A DNA stretch of 64,000 nucleotides, taken from NCBI GenBank assembly GCA_045534785.1, contig JAZSKJ010000032.1, forward strand, positions 18,777 to 82,776, given 5' to 3'. This DNA is from Bacteroidaceae bacterium. GTDB lineage: Bacteria > Bacteroidota > Bacteroidia > Bacteroidales > Bacteroidaceae. The position numbers were made by a program, and so were the translations under genes. The notes under the pieces were generated by a model. The model did not search any database, had not been told where the DNA came from, and saw only the letters and a list, made by a program, of their open reading frames with translations. The number at the start of each line of letters is the position of its first letter. Within the stretch, counting starts at the first letter, position 1. Of this stretch, positions 30,695 to 40,931 are shown one piece after another.

Positions 30695-32452
30695 ATGAGT
30701 ACAAAAGGTACAGTGCAAGGTGTCATTGCCAACATGGTCACACTAAAGGTGGACGGCCCTGTTGCGCAGAATGAGATCTGCTACATTGAGACAGGAGGCG
30801 ATAAGCTGATGTCGGAGGTCATCAAGGTGGTGGGCGAGAACGTATTTGTCCAGGTATTTGAGAGCACCCGAGGACTGAAGGTAGGCGCTCCCGCCGAATT
30901 TACCGGTCACATGCTGGAGGTAACACTTGGTCCCGGCATGCTGTCACACAACTTTGACGGTCTGCAGAATGACCTGGACAAGATGACGGGCGTATTCCTT
31001 AAGCGCGGTGAGTATACCTATCCGCTTGATAATGACCGTCTGTGGAAGTTTGAGCCTATCGTAAAGGTGGGTGACAAGGTGCAGGCATCGGACTGGCTGG
31101 GTAAGGTTGAGGAAAACTTCCAGCCGCTCAAGATCATGGCTCCTTTCCAGTTGGAGGGTGAGTATACGGTTAAGAAGATTGCCGCTGATGGTGAGTACCG
31201 CATCATTGATGAGATTGCAGTGCTTGAGAACGCCAAGGGTGACACCGTAAGCGTGAACATGATACAGAAATGGCCCGTAAAGGTGGCTATGACCAACTAC
31301 CGCGAGAAACCGCGTCCTTTCAAACTGCTGGAGACAGGTGTGCGTTCCATAGATACCCTGAACCCCATTGTGGAGGGCGGTACAGGATTCATCCCCGGCC
31401 CGTTCGGTACAGGTAAGACTGTGCTTCAGCATGCTATCTCAAAGCAGGCCGAGGCCGATATCGTTGTAATCGCTGCCTGCGGTGAGCGTGCTAATGAGGT
31501 TGTGGAGATTTTCACCGAGTTCCCGGAACTGGATGACCCGCACACCGGACGTAAGCTGATGGAGCGTACCATCATCATCGCCAATACATCAAATATGCCT
31601 GTGGCTGCGCGTGAGGCTTCGGTCTATACGGCTATGGCTATATCGGAATACTATAGGTCTATGGGTCTGAGAGTCCTGCTTATGGCTGACTCCACCAGCC
31701 GTTGGGCACAGGCTCTGCGTGAGATGTCCAACCGTATGGAGGAGCTGCCCGGTCCGGACGCTTTCCCGATGGATATTTCCAGTATCATTGCAAACTTCTA
31801 TGGTCGTGCAGGTTACGTTTATCTTAACAACGGCCAGCCGGGCTCAATTACCTTTATAGGTACTGTATCGCCTGCCGGCGGTAACCTTAAGGAGCCGGTT
31901 ACGGAGGACACCAAGAAGGGGGCCCGTTGTTTCTATGCTCTGGAGCAGGAGCGTGCCGACCGCAAGCGTTATCCGGCTATCAACCCCATTGACTCTTACT
32001 CCAAGTATCTGGATTATCCGGAGTTTGAGAAATATATCACTGACCGCATCAACGGTGATTGGACCAATAAGGTGAACGAGCTCAAGACCCGCTTGCTGCG
32101 CGGTAAGGAGATTGCCGAGCAGATTAACATCTTAGGCGATGACGGCGTTCCTGTGGATTATCACGTAACGTTCTGGAAGTCAGAGCTGATAGACTTTATC
32201 GTGCTGCAGCAGGATGCGTTCGATGAGATTGATGCCGTGACCCCGATGGAGCGTCAGGAGACAATTGTGGACCGCGTGATTGACATCTGCCACACAGAGT
32301 TCAAGTTTGACACTTTCCTGGAGGTTATAGATTATTTCAAGAAGGTTATCAACCTGTGCAAGCAGATGAACTACCAGCCGTTTGAATCTGACAAGTATTT
32401 TGAGTACGAGAAGGAGCTCAAGGCTCTTCTTGCTGAACGTAAAACCGCTTAA
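30695..32452 (+). CDS. ntpA: V-type ATPase catalytic subunit A
   Basis: 585-aa protein. Walker A GPFGTGKTVLQH. Also CGERANEV and LLMADSTSRWAQALREMS. Confidence 0.95.
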   Translation: MSTKGTVQGVIANMVTLKVDGPVAQNEICYIETGGDKLMSEVIKVVGENVFVQVFESTRGLKVGAPAEFTGHMLEVTLGPGMLSHNFDGLQNDLDKMTGVFLKRGEYTYPLDNDRLWKFEPIVKVGDKVQASDWLGKVEENFQPLKIMAPFQLEGEYTVKKIAADGEYRIIDEIAVLENAKGDTVSVNMIQKWPVKVAMTNYREKPRPFKLLETGVRSIDTLNPIVEGGTGFIPGPFGTGKTVLQHAISKQAEADIVVIAACGERANEVVEIFTEFPELDDPHTGRKLMERTIIIANTSNMPVAAREASVYTAMAISEYYRSMGLRVLLMADSTSRWAQALREMSNRMEELPGPDAFPMDISSIIANFYGRAGYVYLNNGQPGSITFIGTVSPAGGNLKEPVTEDTKKGARCFYALEQERADRKRYPAINPIDSYSKYLDYPEFEKYITDRINGDWTNKVNELKTRLLRGKEIAEQINILGDDGVPVDYHVTFWKSELIDFIVLQQDAFDEIDAVTPMERQETIVDRVIDICHTEFKFDTFLEVIDYFKKVINLCKQMNYQPFESDKYFEYEKELKALLAERKTA

Positions 32453-32464
32453 CCCGCTATAGCT

Positions 32465-33784
32465 ATGACAACAAAGGCATTCCAGAAGATTTACACCAAG
32501 ATTAGCCAGATTACAAAGGCTACCTGCTCGCTTAAGGCACAGGGTGTGGGTTATGATGAGCTGGCCGTTATCGATGGCCGATTGGCTCAGGTGGTTAAGA
32601 TTGTGGGCGATGAGGTTACGCTGCAGGTGTTTGAGGGCACCGGCGGTATTCCTACCAACGCCGAGGTGGTGTTTATGGGCAAGGCTCCTACGCTTAAGGT
32701 GAGTGATAGCCTGGCCGGCCGCTTCTTTAACGCATACGGTGATCCCATTGACGGCGGTCCTGCCGTTGAGGGCACTGAGGTTGAGATTGGCGGCCCCAGC
32801 GTTAACCCCGTGCGCCGTAAACAGCCGTCGGAGCTGATTGCTACAGGTATTGCAGGTATCGACCTTAATAATACGTTGGTTTCGGGCCAGAAGATTCCGT
32901 TCTTTGCCGATCCTGACCAGCCTTTCAACCAGGTTATGGCTACTGTGGCCATGCGTGCCAAGGCCGATAAGATTATCCTGGGCGGTATGGGTATGACCAA
33001 TGATGACTACCTCTATTTTAAGAACGTGTTCTCTAACGCCGGTGCAATGGACCGTATCATAGGTTTCATGAATACCACCGAGGACCCTGCCGTAGAGCGT
33101 CTGCTGGTGCCTGATATGGCGCTGACCGCTGCCGAGTATTTTGCCGTGCAGAAGGATGAGAAGGTGCTGGTATTGTTGAGCGATATGACATCGTACGCCG
33201 ATGCTCTGGCTATCGTAAGTAACCGTATGGACCAGATTCCTTCAAAGGACTCCATGCCTGGTTCGTTGTATTCGGACCTTGCCAAGATTTACGAGAAGGC
33301 CGTGCAGTTCCCATCGGGCGGTTCAATTACAATTATTGCCGTTACGACTTTGAGCGGCGGCGATATTACTCACGCTGTGCCTGATAACACCGGTTATATA
33401 ACCGAGGGTCAGCTGTTCCTGCGCCGCGACAGTGACATAGGTAAGGTTATCGTTGACCCGTTCCGCTCGCTGTCCCGCTTGAAACAGCTTGTGAACGGTA
33501 AGAAAACGCGTGCCGACCATCCGCAGGTAATGAATGCCGCCGTGCGTCTGTATGCCGATGCCGCCAACGCCAAGACTAAGGTGGAGAACGGCTTTGACCT
33601 TACCGACTACGATGAGCGTACGCTTAAGTTCGCTCATGACTACAGCGAGAAACTGCTGGCTATTGATGTGAACCTTGACACCACCGAGATGCTTGACGTT
33701 ACCTGGCAGCTCTTTGCCCAGAACTTCAAGCCCGATGAAGTGAACATCAAGGCTGCCCTGGTAGAGCAATACTGGCCAAAATAG
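32465..33784 (+). CDS. ntpB: V-type ATPase subunit B
   Basis: 439-aa protein. Non-catalytic B-type motifs: LVLLSDMTSYADALAIVS, PGSLYSDLAKIYEKA, GSITIIAVTTLSGGDITHAVPDNTGYITEGQ. Confidence 0.95.
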   Translation: MTTKAFQKIYTKISQITKATCSLKAQGVGYDELAVIDGRLAQVVKIVGDEVTLQVFEGTGGIPTNAEVVFMGKAPTLKVSDSLAGRFFNAYGDPIDGGPAVEGTEVEIGGPSVNPVRRKQPSELIATGIAGIDLNNTLVSGQKIPFFADPDQPFNQVMATVAMRAKADKIILGGMGMTNDDYLYFKNVFSNAGAMDRIIGFMNTTEDPAVERLLVPDMALTAAEYFAVQKDEKVLVLLSDMTSYADALAIVSNRMDQIPSKDSMPGSLYSDLAKIYEKAVQFPSGGSITIIAVTTLSGGDITHAVPDNTGYITEGQLFLRRDSDIGKVIVDPFRSLSRLKQLVNGKKTRADHPQVMNAAVRLYADAANAKTKVENGFDLTDYDERTLKFAHDYSEKLLAIDVNLDTTEMLDVTWQLFAQNFKPDEVNIKAALVEQYWPK

Positions 33785-33815
33785 TACAAAAGGGGACAGA
33801 CCCCAATTGTATCAT
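33784..33815. repeat. REP-like hairpin element, copy 1
   Basis: Sequence gtacaaaaggggacagaccccaattgtatcat, directly after the ntpB stop. The core TACAAAAGGGGACAGnCCCCAATTGTA contains a GGGGAC/GTCCCC-type stem. Confidence 0.6.
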
Positions 33816-33826
33816 TTTTAAGAGAT

Positions 33827-34450
33827 ATGGCGATAAAGTTCCAATATAACAAGACCTCACTGCAGCAGCTGGAGAAGCAGCTGAAAGTGCGTAAGCGCAC
33901 CTTACCTATTATTAAGAGTAAGGAGAGCGCGCTGCGCATGGAGGTCAAGAAATGCAAGGACGATCTGGTCCGGCTGGAGCGTGAGCTGGAGGAGGGCATA
34001 GGCAAGTATGACTCTATGTTTGCGCTGTGGAACGAATTCAACCCGGGGCTGGTCAAGGTGAAAGATGTTCATCTGACCGTGCGCAAGATTGCCGGAACCA
34101 GGATTCCGGTGCTTGATGAGGTTGAGTTCGATATTGCTCCGTTCAGCCTGTTCAGTCAGCCCAAATGGTACTATGACGGCATCAACATACTTCAGAGCCT
34201 GGCTCACGACGCTATCCTGGTGGAGTTCACCACCGCTAAGCTGGGTCTGCTGGAGAAAGCCCGCAAAAAGACCACTCAGAAGGTCAACCTGTTTGAGAAG
34301 GTGCAGATTCCGGGTTACGAGGATGCCATACGTAAGATAAAACGCTTTATGGAGGATGAGGAGAACCTCTCCAAATCAAGTCAGAAGATCCTTAAGTCTC
34401 TGCTTGAGGCCCGTGAAGCGGCTAAAAAAGAGGAGGAGGCCCAGGTATGA
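33827..34450 (+). CDS. ntpD: V-type ATPase subunit D
   Basis: 207-aa coiled-coil protein (KTSLQQLEKQLKVRKRTLPIIKSKESALRME...). Position after B. ATGA overlap with the next gene. Confidence 0.85.
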   Translation: MAIKFQYNKTSLQQLEKQLKVRKRTLPIIKSKESALRMEVKKCKDDLVRLERELEEGIGKYDSMFALWNEFNPGLVKVKDVHLTVRKIAGTRIPVLDEVEFDIAPFSLFSQPKWYYDGINILQSLAHDAILVEFTTAKLGLLEKARKKTTQKVNLFEKVQIPGYEDAIRKIKRFMEDEENLSKSSQKILKSLLEAREAAKKEEEAQV

Positions 34451-36270
34451 TTACAAAGATGAAAAAACTCTCCTTCCTTATTCACAATAAGGAGTATGAG
34501 CAGTTCCTGGAGCATCTGCGCTCTCTGGGTATTGTACACGTAATCCAGAAGCAGCAGGGTGCTGTACAGAATGAGGAACTCCAGGAGGATCTTGCCCTGC
34601 TGAGCCGATGCAAGAACGCTATCAAGGAACTGGAATCCAGCGCCAAGAATGACTTGTCGGGGGCAGACTCTGACAGCAAGACCAAGGGCTTTGTGTTTGA
34701 TACACCTGCCAAGGTCCTTGAAAGGTACGATATTATCTGCGCTGATAAGATAGTTCAGGAGCAGGCTCTTCAGGCTCTGTTGCGCGACCGCGCACAGTTG
34801 CTGCCTTGGGGCGATTTTGAGCCTTCAAAGGTTGAGCGTCTGGCCGATGCAGGTTATCAGATCCGATTCTATACATGCCCTCTGCGCGCATTCAATGACG
34901 AGTGGGTTTCCAAGTTCGGCGTGATAGAGATTGAACGCGATAAGCAGAAGGTCAACTTTGTGACCGTTACTCATAATGATGTGGTGCCCGATATTGACGC
35001 TGAGCAGGTTCATCTGCCGCATATGTCGTTATCGGCCGTAGATGCTGATATTGCTAAGACAAGAGCTGCTATCGATGCAATCCCTGCTAAGATGGCTCAG
35101 TTGGCTCATGTGGGTATCCCTGTGCTGGAAGATGCAGTCAGGGGGTTAGAGAACAATATCGACTTTAGCCGCGTTCGCCTTACGGGTGAGAAACTTGCGG
35201 CCGATACACTGCTGCTGCTTGAGGGTTGGATTCCCGCAGCCGATGTGGATGAGGTGAGCAAGGCTCTTGACATGAAGGGAGTTTTATTTGAGGTGGATGA
35301 TCCCACTCCCGAAGATGATATACCCATTCAGCTGAGTAATAATAAGTTCGCCAAGCTGTTTGAGCCGCTTACCAAGCTCTACATGCTACCCACATATCAG
35401 GAGCTGGACCTGACGCTGTTCTTTGCGCCGTTCTTTATGCTCTTTTTCGGGCTCTGCCTGGGCGATACTGGCTACGGACTGCTTATGATTGTGGCACTGC
35501 CCATTTTCACCAAGCTGTTTCAGCTTATCAACCCCAACTTCAGCAAGTGGCTGGTGGTGCTTTTCGGCACCAGCACTATGCTTTGCGGACTGCTGTCGGG
35601 CACGTTCTTCGGGTTTAACATGTATGACCTTGACATTCCGTTCGTCCAGAAGATGAAGGGAATTCTCTATACCGATAACTCAACTATGTTCACGGTATCG
35701 CTGTGCATTGGTGTGGTTCAGATTCTGTTCGGTATGGCTATCAAGGCCGTTAACCTGAGCATCCAGTGCGGAATCAAGTACGCTCTGGGTACGATAGGTT
35801 GGCTCATGCTGCTTATAACCGTGGGCGTATCGGTCCTGGCGGGATTTGAATTCAGCAATCCTGTGGTGATGGGTATTCTCATTGCCGCTGCGGTGCTGAT
35901 ATTCCTGTTCAACAGCCCGGGCAAGAACCCGCTGCTGAACATCGGACTGGGCCTTTGGGATACCTACAATATGGCTACGGGCCTGCTTGGCGACGTGCTC
36001 TCATACGTGCGTCTGTTTGCGCTGGGCTTATCGGGCGGTATCCTGGCCAACGTGTTCAACAGCATGGCTGTGGGTATGGCTCCCGATAACAAGGTGGCCG
36101 GATTCATTGTGATGGTGCTGATATTCGTGATCGGTCATGCGCTGAACATTTTCATGAATATTCTGGGCGCCATTGTTCACCCCATGCGACTCACGTTCGT
36201 GGAGTTCTTCAAGAACGCCGGATACACCGGCGGCGGAATGGAATACAAACCTTTCAGGGCTAACGGTTAG
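34447..36270 (+). CDS. ntpI: V-type ATPase subunit I (a-subunit, stator/ion channel)
   Basis: 607-aa protein with a soluble N-terminal half and a polytopic C-terminal half. It contains the conserved Arg region LSYVRLFALGLSGG. Confidence 0.9.
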   Translation: MITKMKKLSFLIHNKEYEQFLEHLRSLGIVHVIQKQQGAVQNEELQEDLALLSRCKNAIKELESSAKNDLSGADSDSKTKGFVFDTPAKVLERYDIICADKIVQEQALQALLRDRAQLLPWGDFEPSKVERLADAGYQIRFYTCPLRAFNDEWVSKFGVIEIERDKQKVNFVTVTHNDVVPDIDAEQVHLPHMSLSAVDADIAKTRAAIDAIPAKMAQLAHVGIPVLEDAVRGLENNIDFSRVRLTGEKLAADTLLLLEGWIPAADVDEVSKALDMKGVLFEVDDPTPEDDIPIQLSNNKFAKLFEPLTKLYMLPTYQELDLTLFFAPFFMLFFGLCLGDTGYGLLMIVALPIFTKLFQLINPNFSKWLVVLFGTSTMLCGLLSGTFFGFNMYDLDIPFVQKMKGILYTDNSTMFTVSLCIGVVQILFGMAIKAVNLSIQCGIKYALGTIGWLMLLITVGVSVLAGFEFSNPVVMGILIAAAVLIFLFNSPGKNPLLNIGLGLWDTYNMATGLLGDVLSYVRLFALGLSGGILANVFNSMAVGMAPDNKVAGFIVMVLIFVIGHALNIFMNILGAIVHPMRLTFVEFFKNAGYTGGGMEYKPFRANG

Positions 36271-36287
36271 ATGATACTACTATCTAC

Positions 36288-36320
36288 CCACTACGAATCC
36301 ACTACGAACTCACTACGAAG
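36288..36320 (+). repeat. Three tandem 11-bp direct repeats (ccactacgaat / ccactacgaac / tcactacgaag) between ntpI and ntpK
   Basis: Read directly from the sequence. It lies 18 nt after the ntpI stop and 63 nt before the ntpK ATG. Confidence 0.8.
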
Positions 36321-36373
36321 GATGAAGCATGGTACAGAGAGTTGAAAACTGAAAATATTAACAAATTAAATAA

Positions 36374-36835
<462 letters not shown>

Positions 36836-36837
36836 AA

Positions 36838-36920
36838 ATGATACAAAAGGGGACAGTCCCCAATTGTACTGTTTTCAAAATGGTACAATTGGGGACTGTC
36901 CCCTTTTGTATCATTTTTTA
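36838..36920 (+). terminator. Perfect 32-bp inverted repeat (REP-like copies 2 and 3, head to head) followed by a T-run; likely terminator of the V-ATPase operon
   Basis: Left arm atgatacaaaaggggacagtccccaattgtac (36838-36869), 13-nt loop, right arm gtacaattggggactgtccccttttgtatcat (36883-36914), then tttttta. Confidence 0.65.
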
Positions 36921-36980
36921 TGCGTGTATAAAAATTTTACATATCTTTAGGGTTCAAAAAGGACTCAAAATTATTCTGTT

Positions 36981-39900
36981 ATGAGAAAAATCCTACTCGT
37001 TTTTATGAGCCTGTGCACGTTTTCAGCAATGTGGACAGGGGCAAAGAGTGCTGTCAATCAGAAGGTTATAGACGGCGTAACAAGACAATCGGAGCTTATC
37101 AAACCCGGTGCCGACGGACGCGTTACGGTTACGCCCGATATGATTACGGGTATTCAGGCTGTAAAAGAGAGAATGAACGCTCCGTTCAAATCAAAAGAGA
37201 TTATAGACAAGCTGGAAGCTGAGAAGGCGCAGGCTAATGATGTTTTCATTAAGAATGAGATTAAACTGCGTGAAAACGCCGAGCTGCAGAAGAGACAGAG
37301 GGCGCAGGCTGCTATGGAGAAGGCCCGCGTTGAATCGGCGCCCAGAAAGGCTCCAAGTGGTCCGTCATATTACCATAAGAATCAGTGGAGCCAGCCCTAT
37401 CAGGCCAACGGCAGCGACTGGATTCTTTCACATGTTGACCTGATGGCAAGCGTGAACTCCGGTGCTTTCCAGAAATTCGGTGACAGGGTGTTTACTTACG
37501 ATGAAAAAGGAAATGTTGTGTCATCGGAATACACTTTCAGAAATGTGAACGGAATTGCAAACCAGATTTCCACTTGGAGTGTGAGTATTCCGGAGAATGC
37601 TACTATCAAGATGATCTCCATGGATAATGATACGCTCAGTTACAGCGCATCTTATTATACTGATCCACAGACTGGTGAACGTCATGACATTTCGTTGTAC
37701 AAGAGCGTCTACTACAATGGCAATCTGGTTACGATGATACGTAAGGATCTGGACAATACGGGTAATCTTGTTGATTACGGAAAGGTGGAGTCAGAGTTCG
37801 ACGCCCAAGGCCGTCCGGTTGTTACAACCAGATACACAACAGTTTATGTTACCGATTTATCAACCGGAAAACAGAGAGTTGAATTGAAGCCCAGCCGCAA
37901 GACTGAATATGAATATCAGCCGAACGGTCTTGTTACCGCAGTAGAGTCATTCCTGCAGTATGATTCTTCCACTAATCAAGATGTCTGGACATATCAGAAC
38001 CGCAAGACAGAGGGTACTGATAATGAAGGTGTTTACTACTATGAGTATGTATACTACAGTACTTACTATAATGATTGGGTGGGATCAAGTAAATATTCCC
38101 GGGTTCAGGAAGAGACTGCCGATGGAGGCAGTGAGGAGATGCAGACCAACTGGAATTGGAATAGTACGACCAAGGATTGGCAGATATCAGGCAAGCAGTT
38201 CACCCGTTACAACTCACGTGATAACAGGACCTTATCAGAGTCTTATAACTGGAGTGAACCTCTGCAGACCTTCTATCTGACTTCGGTCTACGGATATGAG
38301 TTTATCGGCGATACTGCCAGATGTGGGGATTGGTATGTCAGATACAACAGGCCCGACTCAATCCAGCAGCTTGACAATATGATGTCTCTGATTTCATATG
38401 GTAACAGGAATGAGTATGCCGATTATACCCAGAAGGAACTGGGATGGACCACATATCCTGATTATATGTCTCTTCCGCGCAAGTATGATATCAGTTACTC
38501 GCTTGACACGAAGAACAAGGAGTCTATAAGTTGGATACCATCAAGCAAGACGGAGTACGACTATGAGTTGCTGGCTATGACTGACTATGACGATCACTTT
38601 GAGGTGTTGACTTCGGGCCAGAGGGATTATTCCTGGGATGACAGTGTCTGGGTTCTTAACGATGAGTACAAATATGCTTATAACGATCACGGCGACAAGA
38701 TAATGGATGAACGTTATCGCGACGGTCATGCGGTATCCCGCCAGACTTATGATTATGCGTATTATTACAGAGTCAATTCATACGGCGACAGTATTTTGGA
38801 GAAAAAAACGATTTCGGAGAAGTACTGGAATTATAACTCGTATTCCGAAAAGCTTCTGCCTTCATCGGAATATACATATGAATATGACAAGGACTACAAC
38901 AACCAGACCCTTTACTCCTATAAATACGGATGGAATGAATCATCCAACAGTTGGAGTTACGGCTACAAGTATGAGTATGAGTATGATGACAACGACCGCC
39001 AGACCCTGAGTGTAAATTACAGCTGGTCTAAAGATAGGGGTATCTGGATAGGAACTACAAAGGAGGCAAGCGTGTTCAATGCCGACGGCGAGGCGCTGAA
39101 ACGTGAGAATTGGAACAACAGTTCCGATACATCGACAGTATGGATCCCGAGTTACATAGCAGTTGTTGAGTACGATGATAACGGCCGTCTGACCAGCGAT
39201 TGGTATTGCAGTTACTGGAACGGCGAATCATGGGATTCCGGAACCAGGTATGATTATATTTATTCGGCCGATGGATTGCTGTTGTCGGATGTTCAGTATT
39301 ATATGTCATCCGGCCAGTGGAGCGGAAGCTATAAGATTGATTATGAGTATGATGACAAGGGGAATATAACTCTTGCCGAGACATTTGGAAATTACACCAC
39401 GGGCACTGACGAATGGGTGCCAAAAATGAAAACTGTATACAGATATACCGATACCAATGAACTTTTGGACCTTTACGAATACAGTTTTAACGGTATTGAG
39501 TGGAATATTGAACAAAAGAAACTTGCCGTGATAGAGGGTGGAGTCATAACTGCATATGTTGACAGCATTTATGATTACGGGTATGATGAATGGTTCCCCA
39601 ACACTATGGTTACCATTACCCGTGATGAGGCAACCGGTATTGTTACATCCTTATATCAGAACTGGGATCCATCGGAAGAGATTTGGGATAATGAAAGACT
39701 TGAGTCCAGTAAGTATGACCAGAAGGGCAGAGTTACTTATACTGAGTCATATTACTGGTCAACATGGTATGATTATAATACCGGCTCATACAAAGATGGT
39801 TGGTCGGGAGATGAAAAGGCTGAATATGCCTATAATGACAAGGATGAAGAGATTATGACAGCCACCTATTACTGGGACAGCTATGATTCGATATGGGTTG

Positions 39901-40895
39901 GTAACTATAAGAGGGAATCCGAATATGATGAGTCCGGCCGCCAGATTCTTTACGGTTCGTACTATTGGGATAACGAAAACAATGAATGGTTTGGATCAGA
40001 CCGTTATATATCGGGTTATGACGACAATGGATACCAGATTCTCTCAATATCATTCTACTGGGATTATGATCAGAAGGATTGGGTTGGCGAAAGCAAGTCT
40101 GAATATGAGTACGATGAAGACGGCAACGAGATAATGAACGCATATTATAACGGAACAGACTCTGAGGGTGACTGGATAGGCTCAAGCAAGTACGGTTACT
40201 ATTACAAGGATAATGTGTCTTACAACGAGAGGTATGAGTGGGATTCAGAAAAGAAAGACTGGTACGGTACTTACAAGTCAGAGAGTACCAGTAGTAAGAC
40301 CTATTATATGTCTGCTGATTATAAGTGGGACTATACCAACTGGTGCTGGGTTGGCGATACGAAGAGAGAAGAGACCTATAAAGATAATGGCCAGGAGGCA
40401 ATCATTTACAGATGGGACCTTGAACAGGCTGCTTGGGTTGCAGAGAGCAAGGAGATGGATGAGATGACAGAGACGGCGTCATCATTTAAGTTCGTCCATA
40501 CCGAGGCCGAATGGAATAACGCCGCCTCAAGTTGGACGTATACAAGACGCGAGACCAATGAGGAGGTCTACAAGGCCGATGACAACCTGGATTATGAGCT
40601 CATGGTGATAGAGGCTTACAATCCTCTGACATCTGCATGGGTTCAGTCTTACTCCATCAAGCAGGTTTATGTGTATAAGTCACTCACCGGTGTTGAGGCT
40701 ATCCCTGCCGAACTGAATATCCGCGTTCAGGACGGTTTGATAGTTGTGAATGCTGAGGGTGATTACGATATCAGCATTGCAGCCGTATCGGGTGCTCAGA
40801 TAGCAAGCGGAAAGGGTAGTGTGGAGGCATCGGTTGCTCCGGGCATTTACCTTATCACCGTAGGCAGCAAAACCACCAAGATTGTGGTGCGCTAA
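36981..40895 (+). CDS. Large secreted YD-like-repeat protein with a T9SS C-terminal sorting domain
   Basis: 1,304-aa protein. Signal peptide MRKILLVFMSLCTFSAMWTGAKSA. At least 14 recurring units of the type (W)xG..K.EYEYDxxGxxI....Y.W. Examples: YEYEYDDNDRQTLSVNYSW, VVEYDDNGRLTSDWYCSYW, IDYEYDDKGNITLAETF, ESEYDESGRQILYGSYYW, EYEYDEDGNEIMNAYY. The C-terminus is a T9SS-type domain. Confidence 0.85.
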   Translation: MRKILLVFMSLCTFSAMWTGAKSAVNQKVIDGVTRQSELIKPGADGRVTVTPDMITGIQAVKERMNAPFKSKEIIDKLEAEKAQANDVFIKNEIKLRENAELQKRQRAQAAMEKARVESAPRKAPSGPSYYHKNQWSQPYQANGSDWILSHVDLMASVNSGAFQKFGDRVFTYDEKGNVVSSEYTFRNVNGIANQISTWSVSIPENATIKMISMDNDTLSYSASYYTDPQTGERHDISLYKSVYYNGNLVTMIRKDLDNTGNLVDYGKVESEFDAQGRPVVTTRYTTVYVTDLSTGKQRVELKPSRKTEYEYQPNGLVTAVESFLQYDSSTNQDVWTYQNRKTEGTDNEGVYYYEYVYYSTYYNDWVGSSKYSRVQEETADGGSEEMQTNWNWNSTTKDWQISGKQFTRYNSRDNRTLSESYNWSEPLQTFYLTSVYGYEFIGDTARCGDWYVRYNRPDSIQQLDNMMSLISYGNRNEYADYTQKELGWTTYPDYMSLPRKYDISYSLDTKNKESISWIPSSKTEYDYELLAMTDYDDHFEVLTSGQRDYSWDDSVWVLNDEYKYAYNDHGDKIMDERYRDGHAVSRQTYDYAYYYRVNSYGDSILEKKTISEKYWNYNSYSEKLLPSSEYTYEYDKDYNNQTLYSYKYGWNESSNSWSYGYKYEYEYDDNDRQTLSVNYSWSKDRGIWIGTTKEASVFNADGEALKRENWNNSSDTSTVWIPSYIAVVEYDDNGRLTSDWYCSYWNGESWDSGTRYDYIYSADGLLLSDVQYYMSSGQWSGSYKIDYEYDDKGNITLAETFGNYTTGTDEWVPKMKTVYRYTDTNELLDLYEYSFNGIEWNIEQKKLAVIEGGVITAYVDSIYDYGYDEWFPNTMVTITRDEATGIVTSLYQNWDPSEEIWDNERLESSKYDQKGRVTYTESYYWSTWYDYNTGSYKDGWSGDEKAEYAYNDKDEEIMTATYYWDSYDSIWVGNYKRESEYDESGRQILYGSYYWDNENNEWFGSDRYISGYDDNGYQILSISFYWDYDQKDWVGESKSEYEYDEDGNEIMNAYYNGTDSEGDWIGSSKYGYYYKDNVSYNERYEWDSEKKDWYGTYKSESTSSKTYYMSADYKWDYTNWCWVGDTKREETYKDNGQEAIIYRWDLEQAAWVAESKEMDEMTETASSFKFVHTEAEWNNAASSWTYTRRETNEEVYKADDNLDYELMVIEAYNPLTSAWVQSYSIKQVYVYKSLTGVEAIPAELNIRVQDGLIVVNAEGDYDISIAAVSGAQIASGKGSVEASVAPGIYLITVGSKTTKIVVR
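40668..40892 (+). other. T9SS (Por) type-A C-terminal sorting domain
   Basis: The last 75 aa or so read ...IPAELNIRVQDGLIVVNAEGDYDISIAAVSGAQIASGKGSVEASVAPGIYLITVGSKTTKIVVR. This shows the pattern of a short beta-sandwich with GxY(L/I)(I/V) ... K(I/V)(V/I) at the extreme C-terminus. Confidence 0.7.
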
Positions 40896-40901
40896 CACAA
40901 A

Positions 40902-40931
40902 ATGATACAAAAGGGGTCAGGCCCCAATGTG
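40902..40931. repeat. REP-like hairpin element, copy 4 (degenerate)
   Basis: Sequence atgatacaaaaggggtcaggccccaatgtg, in the 36-bp gap between the convergent genes ending at 40895 and 40932. Confidence 0.5.

Noticed and set aside
36288-36320. Short direct repeats as a possible CRISPR or minisatellite array.
   Set aside because: - There are only three 11-bp units, with no spacers.
- No cas genes are present and the repeat structure is not CRISPR-like.
36838-36914. The perfect 32-bp inverted repeat as the boundary of an invertible promoter or phase-variation switch.
   Set aside because: - The arms are separated by only 13 nt, so nothing can be inverted.
- No recombinase or invertase gene is in the window.
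- The T-run that follows fits a terminator or REP-pair interpretation.
36981-40895. Possible Rhs/YD polymorphic toxin.
   Set aside because: - There is no Rhs core motif, no C-terminal toxin domain and no small immunity ORF downstream.
- There are no T6SS or PAAR/VgrG neighbours.
- The C-terminus is a T9SS sorting domain.
- I kept it as a finding about an unusual use of YD-like repeats, not as a toxin system.
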